Shown here one piece after another: positions 1 to 8,979 of a stretch of DNA of 64,000 nt. Made by a program: the position numbers and the translations under genes. The notes beneath the pieces were generated by a model. That model was not told the DNA's origin and did no database searches. It worked only from the letters and a program-made list of their open reading frames with translations. The DNA is from a bacterium (GTDB lineage Bacteria; SM23-31). The stretch lies in assembly GCA_965249485.1 (NCBI GenBank), contig OZ252239.1:2624001-2688000 (forward strand). Reading direction: 5' to 3'. Each line of letters opens with the position of its first letter. The stretch's first letter is position 1.

Positions 1-963
1 GGTGATCATCGCGGGAAAAGTGAATTGCGCGAAGTTATAGCAGATGATGCTCAAACATTAAAACCCGAAAACGTTCTTGTGACTCAGGGGGCAGCGCAAG
101 CGTTATATTGTATCTATACCGCCCTTCTGAAGCCGAATGATCATATAGTGGTAGCCCATCCGAACTACATATTGAATGTTGAGTGTCCCCGTGCCGTCGG
201 TGCAAATGTTGAGCTCATTCATCAGGAATTTGAAAATGGATGGAATCTAAATGTTGACAAACTCGCCTCAATGGTCACTCCCGATACAAATATTGTGAGC
301 ATTACTGTTCCCCACAATCCAACAGGCACCATGATGTCGGCAGATGACTTAACCAGAATTATTGAAATCACTCGAAAAAACGGCTGTTACCTTATTGTTG
401 ACGAAGTTTACCGAGAGATGACATTCGGGCCAAAGCTTCCTGTTGCCGCATCTTTAAGTGAAAACGTCATAAGTGTCAGTAGTATGTCAAAAAGCTATGG
501 TCTGCCCGGAATACGTATCGGCTGGTTAATTACACAGGATGTGCAGTTGTATGAATCGCTTTTAGCTGCTAAAGAGCTTACTACAATCTGCAATTCTATT
601 ACAGATGAGGAAATTGCGCACACAGTTATGCGAAATAAAGAGACATTTCTTGAACAATTTAAGGACAAAATAAACAGGAAATTAGCTGTCGTCACAGAAT
701 GGATGGATGCGGAAGAAAACCTTGAGTGGATAAAACCTGAAGGTGGTGTAGTATGTTTTCCGAGAATTAAGCCTGGTATTGCGCTTGATATTGACAAGTT
801 TTATTCAGTATTAAAGGAAAAGTACAACACGTTTGTTGGTCCGGGACACTGGTTTGAAGTTGATCGCCGGTTTATGAGAATCGGTTATGGATGGATTCCC
901 CTTGAAGATTTGCAGTCGGGACTGCAATGTGTTAGTAAGGCCCTTCGGGAATCTATGTTTTGA
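1..963 (+). CDS. PLP-dependent aminotransferase class I/II (5' end outside the window)
   Basis: Motifs PHNPTG, IVDEVY and SMSKSYGLPGIRIGW (PLP lysine). The frame is open from base 1 (GDHRGKSEL...). Confidence 0.9.
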   Translation, partial: GDHRGKSELREVIADDAQTLKPENVLVTQGAAQALYCIYTALLKPNDHIVVAHPNYILNVECPRAVGANVELIHQEFENGWNLNVDKLASMVTPDTNIVSITVPHNPTGTMMSADDLTRIIEITRKNGCYLIVDEVYREMTFGPKLPVAASLSENVISVSSMSKSYGLPGIRIGWLITQDVQLYESLLAAKELTTICNSITDEEIAHTVMRNKETFLEQFKDKINRKLAVVTEWMDAEENLEWIKPEGGVVCFPRIKPGIALDIDKFYSVLKEKYNTFVGPGHWFEVDRRFMRIGYGWIPLEDLQSGLQCVSKALRESMF

Positions 964-1001
964 TTTAAACAGGTTCACACCATTCTACAACAAACAAATT
1001 C

Positions 1002-1030
1002 TTGACAAAACCGATACGAATTTATATTTT
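1002..1030 (+). promoter_or_regulatory. sigma70-type promoter for the CBS gene
   Basis: TTGACA-N17-TATTTT. Confidence 0.55.
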
Positions 1031-1098
1031 AAATAATATTTGTATTTGTACTGCTATCTGTAGATATCCATTTTCCCTTACCCAAATTACCAACCAAG

Positions 1099-1542
1099 GT
1101 GAGTATTATGAAACATGTCCGACACATTTTAGAGAAAAAAGAGCAAAAAATACATAGTCTTTCTCCTGACGACACAGTTTACAGTGCCCTTGAACTTATG
1201 GCGGAGAAAGGTATTGGCGCACTTTTAGTACTCGAAAACAATCAGTTAGTCGGCATTCTTTCGGAAAGAGACTATGCACGGAAGTGCGCTCTGCTCGGCA
1301 GAACATCTAAGAAAGAGCTTGTTAAAGAGATTATGACAACAGAAGTTGTGTATGTTAATCCTGATCAAACTATAGAAGAGTGTATGGCGCTTATGAGCGA
1401 TAAACATATCCGGCATTTACCGGTGTATGATGGTGATTCTTTAATAGGGATTATTTCTATAGGAGATGTGGTTACAGCTATCATCGAAGAAAAACAGTTT
1501 ATGATCGAGCAGTTAGAGCACTACATTCATGGTCATAGATAG
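1099..1542 (+). CDS. CBS-domain pair protein (start may be ATG 1108)
   Basis: GILSERDY, IRHLPV and IISIGDVV motifs. Confidence 0.9.
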   Translation: MSIMKHVRHILEKKEQKIHSLSPDDTVYSALELMAEKGIGALLVLENNQLVGILSERDYARKCALLGRTSKKELVKEIMTTEVVYVNPDQTIEECMALMSDKHIRHLPVYDGDSLIGIISIGDVVTAIIEEKQFMIEQLEHYIHGHR

Positions 1543-1640
1543 TGTATTTACGCATCAGTACTCGAGTTTCGGTTATGAGTTGTGCCTAGCAGAATTATAA
1601 TTCTGGAAATCGCAGAGTTTTTAAGTCCTTCTGAATAAAG

Positions 1641-2396
1641 CTATTCTTTGATATTTATTATCGTTCCCGTAATCTCATTACCAGCTTGAATGCTTTTAAC
1701 ATTAGCCTGAAATGCACGTTGATTCGTAATGAGATCGACTTGTGTATCAATGATATTCACATTTGATGATTCCAGAAAACCCTGAATAATCCTTCCAAAG
1801 CCTTCCGTGCCGGGTACGCCAGTTTGCACCAGCCCTGAAGCATCCGTCGTTTCAAATAAAGTGCCTCCTGTTGCACGCAAACCCTCCGGATTCTGAAAAC
1901 GGGCAATTGTTATTTGACCAAGATCCGCTTGATTATTTTGCTCTCCTGGTAAAAGAGATGACACTTTGCCATCAGGCGAAACAGAAACTTGTGTGCTTTC
2001 GGAGGGTGTATTTATATTCGGAACCAATGCAAACCCCTCAGAAGTAACAAGTGATCCGTTTTGAGATAATTTGAAGGATCCATTCCGTGTGAACGTTACA
2101 CTGCCATCCGGTTTCTCAAGCTGGAAAAAACCGATCCCGTCTATGGCCAGATCGAAAGGATTGTTTGTTTGAATTGGTGTTCCCGGCTCCGCAGATCGAG
2201 AAATTCCGTTTATCTGAGTACCTCCACCCTTTTGGATACCGCTTTCCTGTATAAAGGGAGATTCAGATGTTCTGATAGTTACCGATTTAAATCCGGGTGT
2301 AGAAATATTCGCAATATTGTGAGCAGTGGTACGTAGCTTCTGGAAAGATGTTTTCAGACCAGTTGCAGCTATATTAAAAAGAGAGATCACTATCAT
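1641..2396 (-). CDS. flgG: Flagellar basal-body rod protein, FlgG/FlgF family
   Basis: AHNIANISTPGFK, DLAIDGIGFF, FTRNGSF, QGFLESSNV and NQRAFQAN rod motifs. Confidence 0.8.
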   Translation of the reverse strand: MIVISLFNIAATGLKTSFQKLRTTAHNIANISTPGFKSVTIRTSESPFIQESGIQKGGGTQINGISRSAEPGTPIQTNNPFDLAIDGIGFFQLEKPDGSVTFTRNGSFKLSQNGSLVTSEGFALVPNINTPSESTQVSVSPDGKVSSLLPGEQNNQADLGQITIARFQNPEGLRATGGTLFETTDASGLVQTGVPGTEGFGRIIQGFLESSNVNIIDTQVDLITNQRAFQANVKSIQAGNEITGTIINIKE

Positions 2397-2425
2397 TTAA
2401 ATGGTTGTTGAACTACATTTAATCA

Positions 2426-2454
2426 ATAGTAGTGATAACCATATAATAAATCAA
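2426..2454 (-). promoter_or_regulatory. Possible sigma70 promoter for flgG
   Basis: Minus strand TTGATT-N17-TACTAT. Confidence 0.35.
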
Positions 2455-2462
2455 TCATTTTT

Positions 2463-3107
2463 TCAAGAAATACTAATTGGTGTAATTGTGTTACTCTCAA
2501 GAGGACACCAGCCGTTTTCTTCAGGATAAGGCATTGAGCATACAAGTACCATGTTTTCGCTTTTTTTCATATAGAGCGTATAGTATTCTTTATTTTCGTT
2601 ATACATACAATGCACACATACTTCTTCTTGATTCGTCATAATAATATTGAGGGCTTTAATGTATTCAGAACGTTTTTTTATAATTGCCAATGCTTTAGAG
2701 AGAGCTTCGAAGAGACTGCCATTATAAAATCGGCAGATGTAATTAAAAACTTTCTCTGACCCTATAATACCCTCGGCAGGAAGCCGGACTCCTCGGAGAA
2801 ATCCGTTAAAACCGTACATGATATTTTCATTCTGAAACGGCATGTTGCATTCAATAATAATCGGCTCATTGTCAGCAGCACTTCTGACATGGGCAAAGAG
2901 TTCGGTTGTCGTACCGAATTGCTCTAAATCATCATCCCATATTGGAGTGAGATTTTTATACATTTTCCATTCGTTATCCACTCTATACGCACAACCCCAT
3001 CCATTTCCTTGATATTCAGGGCTGGTTTTCGCAACTTGGGAAAACTTTTTCAATTGTTCGGTAATAGAGAAATCATCTCTTGATTTTACTAATAACATTC
3101 TGCACAT
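2463..3107 (-). CDS. Class II glutamine amidotransferase-like Ntn hydrolase (EgtC/YafJ/Dug3 type)
   Basis: N-terminal MCR (nucleophile Cys2), GNGWG, AHVRSA, NMPF and FNG motifs. Stand-alone domain. Confidence 0.8.
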   Translation of the reverse strand: MCRMLLVKSRDDFSITEQLKKFSQVAKTSPEYQGNGWGCAYRVDNEWKMYKNLTPIWDDDLEQFGTTTELFAHVRSAADNEPIIIECNMPFQNENIMYGFNGFLRGVRLPAEGIIGSEKVFNYICRFYNGSLFEALSKALAIIKKRSEYIKALNIIMTNQEEVCVHCMYNENKEYYTLYMKKSENMVLVCSMPYPEENGWCPLESNTITPISIS

Positions 3108-3124
3108 ACATCGTATCCTGAAAA

Positions 3125-4120
3125 TTACATCGGATGAATACCGGGAAATGTCAAACCGGTTGTTTCTTCAAGGCCATGAGTTATATTAAATGCCTGGAGT
3201 GCTTGCCCAGCAGCCCCTTTCATTAAATTGTCAATCGCACCGATAACAACAAGGCGGTTGGATTCCTCATCTTTTTGAAATCCTATATCGCAATAATTTG
3301 TACCTGCAAGAATTTTCGGATCAGGGTAACGATATGACTCTTCCCGCTCTTTGACAATGCGAATAAAGGGTTCATCGCCAAATTCATTCCGGTAGATTTT
3401 CCAGATTTCTTTTTCATCAAGATCATCTTTCAAAAAAACATGGCACGTGGATAAAACTCCACGAACGATATTGATAGCAGTCGCGGAAAAATGGACTTTA
3501 ATCGGTCTATTGATACTTAACTCCTGCACAATTTCTTTGGCATGCCGGTGATTTGTCGGTTTGTACGACCTCACAGAACCGGAACGGATAGGATGGTGTG
3601 ATGCATCATTAGTCTTGTTGCCGCCCTCACTTGATCCGGTTTTCACCTCAATAACCGTGCGCTCGGGATCAACGAGATCGTTTTTGTAGAGCGGATATAG
3701 GGGCAATATTGAAGCAGTAGCATTACAACCGGCACTTGATATATAGTTGGCCTTTTTCATCTCTTCACGTTTTAGTTCCGGAATACCGTATATAAATCCA
3801 TCTTTGTTGTTCAGGCGAAAGTCGCCTCCGAGATCGATTATTTTTGGCGCCAACGTCTTAAACCTGTCCATTTGCAGAGATGATGATCCGTGAGGTAAAC
3901 CGACAAATAGGGTGTCACATGGTTCAATTTCGGACATTGCACAAAATTTCAGTTTGGTGACTTTTCGGAGATTGGGATGGAGTTTTGTAATTAATTTGCC
4001 TGCAAACCTGTCGGATGTTGCCTGGGCTATCTCAACATCTGGATGAAATAACAAGAGCCTGATTAACTCACCTCCTGCATAACCTGATCCACCCGCGATC
4101 GATACGCGTATTTTTCCCAT
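3125..4120 (-). CDS. lysY: [LysW]-aminoadipyl/glutamyl-phosphate reductase (LysY/ArgC)
   Basis: GGSGYAGGEL, LPHG, AGCNAT (LysY-type catalytic Cys), SHHP and IDNLMKGAAGQA motifs. Adjacent to lysW. Confidence 0.88.
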   Translation of the reverse strand: MGKIRVSIAGGSGYAGGELIRLLLFHPDVEIAQATSDRFAGKLITKLHPNLRKVTKLKFCAMSEIEPCDTLFVGLPHGSSSLQMDRFKTLAPKIIDLGGDFRLNNKDGFIYGIPELKREEMKKANYISSAGCNATASILPLYPLYKNDLVDPERTVIEVKTGSSEGGNKTNDASHHPIRSGSVRSYKPTNHRHAKEIVQELSINRPIKVHFSATAINIVRGVLSTCHVFLKDDLDEKEIWKIYRNEFGDEPFIRIVKEREESYRYPDPKILAGTNYCDIGFQKDEESNRLVVIGAIDNLMKGAAGQALQAFNITHGLEETTGLTFPGIHPM

Positions 4121-4174
4121 AAAATCCTCTGATTCCTAAATGCTGTTAATCACCTATGTGAATAACATAATAAA

Positions 4175-4339
4175 TTACTCACCCCAGTCTTCATCAGCTT
4201 GAGGAGCTTCCTGAACCTCTATCGGATCGATACTGGTTACTTCCAAATCACACCCACATTCATCGCATGTCACCAATTCGCCAACTTCTACTTCTCCGGT
4301 TATGCTGAGTTCGGCACCACAAACACTGCATTCAGCCAT
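4175..4339 (-). CDS. lysW: Amino-group carrier protein LysW (54 aa)
   Basis: CxxC...CxxC zinc finger, acidic, C-terminal EDWGE. GGAGA RBS before ATG at 4339. Confidence 0.95.
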   Translation of the reverse strand: MAECSVCGAELSITGEVEVGELVTCDECGCDLEVTSIDPIEVQEAPQADEDWGE

Positions 4340-4379
4340 GACTACTTTCTCCAATTTAATTACATGTTTACCATTGATC

Positions 4380-4412
4380 AAAAAAACCGCAAACCTTGTC
4401 GAGGCCGCGGTT
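4380..4412 (-). terminator. Intrinsic terminator inside the lysW 5' leader (attenuator-like)
   Basis: Minus strand AACCGCGGCC-TCGACAA-GGTTTGCGG followed by a T7 run, about 40 nt before the lysW start. Confidence 0.65.
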
Positions 4413-4582
4413 AAAGAATCTAAATCTCAGAAATTAGTTAAAAAGTCAACTATGTATACGTTTTTCAAGATTGTACGGACCATGGACTGTTATAAAATGT
4501 CGAATGAAATGAGGTCACCAATGTTTTTTTCATTGGATTTTTTATATGTGTATACATATTGGAATTACTAATAATATAAAGA

Positions 4583-4611
4583 AAAATACTATTATTTATT
4601 AATATAGTCAA
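4583..4611 (-). promoter_or_regulatory. Possible sigma70 promoter for lysW-lysY
   Basis: Minus strand TTGACT-N17-TATTTT. Confidence 0.4.
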
Positions 4612-4697
4612 GTTTAAATTGAATAATAATTCAATATCACCAGATATTGAAGCGTGATTCCGAATGCAGTTGAATCGTTAAATGTTGATAATAAATA

Positions 4698-4726
4698 TTG
4701 CATTTATAATAGTGCGCCCATATATT
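4698..4726 (+). promoter_or_regulatory. Possible sigma70 promoter for the cupin gene
   Basis: TTGCAT-N17-TATATT. Confidence 0.35.
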
Positions 4727-4921
4727 TACATTTATACACTTCCCTACGAGGCAACTTAGCGCATAACTAAGCTAGTACTCAATCAGTCTCTTGCCTTTCT
4801 GTAGATAAATGATAATAATCAGGTGTGTAACTAGCGATTAATTATAGACTAACTCTTACATTATTATTGCTTTTCATAAACTGTTAAATCACTCAATTCA
4901 CACAATAGAAGGGAATAAATA

Positions 4922-5227
4922 ATGGAAAATTATATTGACCCGGTAGAAGCTGCCTCTGAAAATTATAAACTGCTTTCAAGAGAAGGCAACGTTAGAGTAA
5001 TCGAAATGAATTTAAAACCTGGTGAAATTGATAATCAACATTCTCACCCGTCTGAAACAGCATATTTTATTCAGGGTGGCAATCTTCGAATTCATTTGCC
5101 AGATGACACCTCAATGGAAGCAGAAATTCCAGATGGACATGTAATGCACCATGGGCCATGGACACATAGAGTAGTAAATATTGGAAGTACCCATGTAAAA
5201 GCTATTATCTTTGAATTAATGCCATAA
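4922..5227 (+). CDS. Cupin-domain protein
   Basis: HSHPSE and WTHRVVNIG cupin motifs. GAAGGGA RBS. Confidence 0.85.
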   Translation: MENYIDPVEAASENYKLLSREGNVRVIEMNLKPGEIDNQHSHPSETAYFIQGGNLRIHLPDDTSMEAEIPDGHVMHHGPWTHRVVNIGSTHVKAIIFELMP

Positions 5228-5432
5228 GTACATAAATCCTTATGTATTTTCTTTTGGAGATTGAGAAGGAAAATGTCAGTTTAAACATTGATTTTTTCGC
5301 TTAAAAGCAATCTTTTCGAAACTTATGTAAAATTCTACAGTTTTGCTGTTTATTGTTGAATGCGTGTGTTCCAATAATGTATTATAGGTAAATCACCTTA
5401 ATTTCTAACCTACGTATCAGGGAGGTTTTATT

Positions 5433-6422
5433 ATGTCGTTTCTAATAACCTTCGGCGTTATGTTGTTCATTTCATTTTCTACTTTTCCTTTGATTTCAGA
5501 TATAGATGTTAAACTAACCGAATGGCAAGTCCCCTGGGAAGACACTCGCCCTCGTGATCCCTATGTGGATAATCAGGGTTATGTGTGGTTTGTCGGACAA
5601 GAAGGAAATTATATAGCATATCTCGATCCGGAAAATGGAACGTTTGAACGGTATGAATTAGAGAAAGGAACGTATCCACATAATCTCATTGTCGATAGTG
5701 ATGGATATGTATGGTATGCTGGGAATAGAAATGCTCATATCGGAAAACTGAATCCAAAGAACGGTGAAATTACAAAATATCCCATGCCCGATGCAGGTGC
5801 CCGCGATCCTCATACTCTGGTATTCAACAATGAGGGAGATATTTGGTTTACGGTTCAAGGCGGTAATTTTATCGGAAAACTCATGACAAAGACCGGGACT
5901 GTTCAATTGGTACAGGTTCCTACATCACGGGCACGTCCATATGGTATCAAATTAGACTCAAACGACCGCCCCTGGGTTGTCTTATTTGGCACTAATAAAA
6001 TTGCCACCATCGATCCTACGACAATGCAGCTTGAAGAAATTGAACTTCCGAATGCTAATTCCCGTCCAAGGCGGATAGAAATAGATTCTAAGGATATTAT
6101 ATGGTATGTTGATTATGCCCAGGGCCGTTTGGGAAGGCTTGATCCAGAAACATGGAGATTCAAGGAGTGGAATACACCAGGTGGAAAATCATCACGGCCG
6201 TACGGTACTGCATTGGATGATATGGATCGAATTTGGTTTGTCGAATCAGGTATCGAGCCGAATCGGTTCGTTGGTTTCAATCCGGAAATTGAGAAATTCC
6301 TCAGCATTACGGAGATTGCGAGCGGAGGTGGAACTGTCCGGCATATGTATTATCATTCAGCGACGCGAGAAATCTGGTTTGGTACAGACACTAACTATAT
6401 AGGCCGTGCTCAGATACCCTAA
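5433..6422 (+). CDS. Secreted Vgb (virginiamycin B lyase)-like beta-propeller protein
   Basis: Repeated P..I..D..G.VW blades. Hydrophobic N-terminus. GGAGG RBS. Confidence 0.8.
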   Translation: MSFLITFGVMLFISFSTFPLISDIDVKLTEWQVPWEDTRPRDPYVDNQGYVWFVGQEGNYIAYLDPENGTFERYELEKGTYPHNLIVDSDGYVWYAGNRNAHIGKLNPKNGEITKYPMPDAGARDPHTLVFNNEGDIWFTVQGGNFIGKLMTKTGTVQLVQVPTSRARPYGIKLDSNDRPWVVLFGTNKIATIDPTTMQLEEIELPNANSRPRRIEIDSKDIIWYVDYAQGRLGRLDPETWRFKEWNTPGGKSSRPYGTALDDMDRIWFVESGIEPNRFVGFNPEIEKFLSITEIASGGGTVRHMYYHSATREIWFGTDTNYIGRAQIP

Positions 6423-6458
6423 ATTGAAGTAAGAATTGAAAGAAAACCGACAAATATT

Positions 6459-7085
6459 GTGAAGATCGACACTACTTCACGTCTCAACATTATTCTAACA
6501 AATTGTGTTCTTAGAATGTTCTGTAAACTGCGAAATAGAATACCTTATCTTATCATCATTTCTTGTTTTCTATTTTTGTTTTATAGTGCAATTAATATCG
6601 ATCAACCTCTACCCGGATATTCGGGAGGATTTGGCGAACCGACGTGTCTGTACTGCCATTTTGATGCACCGGTTAATGCGTTAGAGGGGTCGCTTTCCAT
6701 TCTTGGAATACCTATGGAATATGTTCATGACAGCACGTATATTTTCACGATTGATTTAACACATCCGGAATTAAAAAGGGGTGGCTTCCAACTTGCCGTA
6801 CGCTACGCAACCGGAAATCTATCAGGAAAGCAGTCCGGTTTTATGGAACCAATCGATGAAAGAGTTGCAATAGATACCGAGTATGACATTCAATACGCTC
6901 GGCACACTGTTGAAGGAACAGTACCCTCCTCTCCAGAGACTTCACAATGGATTATCGAGTGGCAATCACCTTTTGCTGGCAGCGATCCGGTCGTTTTTCA
7001 TCTCGTCGGCAACGCTTCGAACGACGACAATTCTGAATTTGGTGACTTCCTATATCAAACGGAAACAGTGAGCACATTCCGTTAG
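6459..7085 (+). CDS. Secreted Reeler-like / choice-of-anchor V domain protein (start uncertain, may be 6516)
   Basis: PGYSGGFGEPTCLYCH, GGFQL, W..P and GNASNDD motifs. Signal/TM segment. Confidence 0.6.
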   Translation: MKIDTTSRLNIILTNCVLRMFCKLRNRIPYLIIISCFLFLFYSAINIDQPLPGYSGGFGEPTCLYCHFDAPVNALEGSLSILGIPMEYVHDSTYIFTIDLTHPELKRGGFQLAVRYATGNLSGKQSGFMEPIDERVAIDTEYDIQYARHTVEGTVPSSPETSQWIIEWQSPFAGSDPVVFHLVGNASNDDNSEFGDFLYQTETVSTFR

Positions 7086-7197
7086 AAAAGTAATTGCTAT
7101 AAAACACGATTTAGCAGCTTCGAGTTTTTCCTTTGGAATGGTATTTACATATTAAATACCCGAAGATAGCATGAATATTACCGTAACCATTTTAGGC

Positions 7198-8634
7198 TCA
7201 GAAGATAAGCTCAATTTTCTCATTTGGCGGCTGAAGCCATTCAACTCCCCTGTTGGATATAATTTGAACATTGCAAACATTTATTGAAAGTGGAAAACCG
7301 GGTCTTTCAGGAAGATTCGTATGTACCATATATTCAAATGCGAAAAAATTATTTTCCTGGATCACCAAATGATGCCGATCCGGTCTAAATGGTGACATAG
7401 AAGGCCCGATACGATTTATTATGTCGGAATCGCCATCATTCCGATTATTACCAAAAGCATGATTGTCAATGGAAAATCCTGACTTATTAGTATTAGCAAG
7501 TGCTTTCTGTACTATCAAATCGTCTTTGCCATCATCGTTAAAAGGAGTATATATATAACCTGCCTCTTCCATGGCTTGGACCATGGCATCCAAAGACTCC
7601 CCTGCAGTCATACCGACTCTCATATGCGGCCACATAATCCATTGCCCTGCTATTGCCTGATCATAGGCATATTGAATACTCTCAGGAGCACGTGTTTCCC
7701 CTTCTCTCAGAATATATACATACGTTTTCGTATCTGTCCCAAAGTCCATATATCTAGTTGGAGCGCCCATGTAAAAGAAATCACCACGCTGTAATACATA
7801 GTGAGGAGAACGTGAATCAGAACGATCTGAAACAGCAGAATAGAGGATGTTTGGGCCTCCTGCACTCGTGCTATATCCTGTTAAGTGCTGCTTATATGCC
7901 TCCTCCCTCGTCCACCAGCCAACATCCTCTATTGTTGTTACACCCGGCATGATAAGCGTTAACGCTCTTTCAACAATCTGTCGGCGTATCTCCAACGTAT
8001 TGGTCAGAGCTGTAACTTCCCTGAGAACTCTTCTTGCCAGAAATTCAGAAATGACATTCTCTGCGGACACAATCCTCTGAGAATATTTTGGTCCTAATAT
8101 TTTTTCCAATTTCAAATATTCAGTATGTGAGATTCCATCTGCTGAAGATATCCATGAGGAATAATTTACAGCAATCGTTTTCGGGTCACGTTCGGCAACA
8201 AATTCCGTTAATTCGTCATAGATTGAGAAGTCCAGAGTTCCATAATCATAACCTCTAACAGCGCGAGTTATTTCCAGAGAGCCGTATACGTCAATTTTTT
8301 CAACTGCTCCTGCTCCACCAAACACAGCCCGCTCGATTCTGTCACCACGATCGGTAAAAATTAAATAACCCGAGGTTGATCCAAATTGTGGAACCAGCGG
8401 GTCAGGATCTCCGGGACGTGTGACATGAATCCACATGTCCACAGCACTGTCACGCATCGCTCCTGGCAGAATAAGGTCAAGTTTTTGGTTTCTCATCTGA
8501 CGAAGAATTTCTCCGCCGGCTCTTGATGAATTCACTCCTGGCTGCGCAAAAGCGAAAGATACTGTGAATTGTGCTGAGAGCACGAATAGACCAGCCAAAA
8601 GCATTGCTTTGGTAAAGATGCTTTCTTTACGCAT
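7198..8634 (-). CDS. Secreted M24 (Xaa-Pro peptidase-fold) family protein
   Basis: Signal peptide. PGVTT.EDV, GTD, H.FG and FEY segments of the pita-bread fold. AGGAGG RBS. Confidence 0.7.
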   Translation of the reverse strand: MRKESIFTKAMLLAGLFVLSAQFTVSFAFAQPGVNSSRAGGEILRQMRNQKLDLILPGAMRDSAVDMWIHVTRPGDPDPLVPQFGSTSGYLIFTDRGDRIERAVFGGAGAVEKIDVYGSLEITRAVRGYDYGTLDFSIYDELTEFVAERDPKTIAVNYSSWISSADGISHTEYLKLEKILGPKYSQRIVSAENVISEFLARRVLREVTALTNTLEIRRQIVERALTLIMPGVTTIEDVGWWTREEAYKQHLTGYSTSAGGPNILYSAVSDRSDSRSPHYVLQRGDFFYMGAPTRYMDFGTDTKTYVYILREGETRAPESIQYAYDQAIAGQWIMWPHMRVGMTAGESLDAMVQAMEEAGYIYTPFNDDGKDDLIVQKALANTNKSGFSIDNHAFGNNRNDGDSDIINRIGPSMSPFRPDRHHLVIQENNFFAFEYMVHTNLPERPGFPLSINVCNVQIISNRGVEWLQPPNEKIELIF

Positions 8635-8979
8635 AGCAGCCTCCTTTGTGTAATGATTTATGTGGATATTATCGGTATTAATTACGGAATGATATCAGCA
8701 AAAGTAAATGAAAGGGTGAATGCAAAAATATAGTAAGAAATCTACCGTATAACAATTAAAATTATTTTTTCAATATACTTCTATGTAATCATATGAAAAC
8801 TCTAATTTGTATTGTGAATATAAGCAAAAAAATCGTAATTCGCACAGCACTTTGAACAGAAATCGCTTGTAAATGCTAAATGTATCTCTTAATTTTCAAT
8901 TTGACATGTCATTTTAGCTCCGTTGACACACATTATCTGCCCAACCAATTTGCAGCACTAACCAATTAACGAGGATACT

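Noticed and set aside
4340..4381. N-terminal extension of LysW given by the ORF track
   Set aside because: The RBS and family length support ATG 4339. The extension starts in the terminator tail.
5433..6422. Streptogramin resistance gene
   Set aside because: The Vgb fold is widespread. This copy is exported and has no resistance or mobile context.
8669..8695. sigma28-like -10 boxes before the M24 gene (ACCGATAA) and near 45930 (GTCGATAA)
   Set aside because: No TAAA at the right spacing, and the downstream genes are not flagellar.
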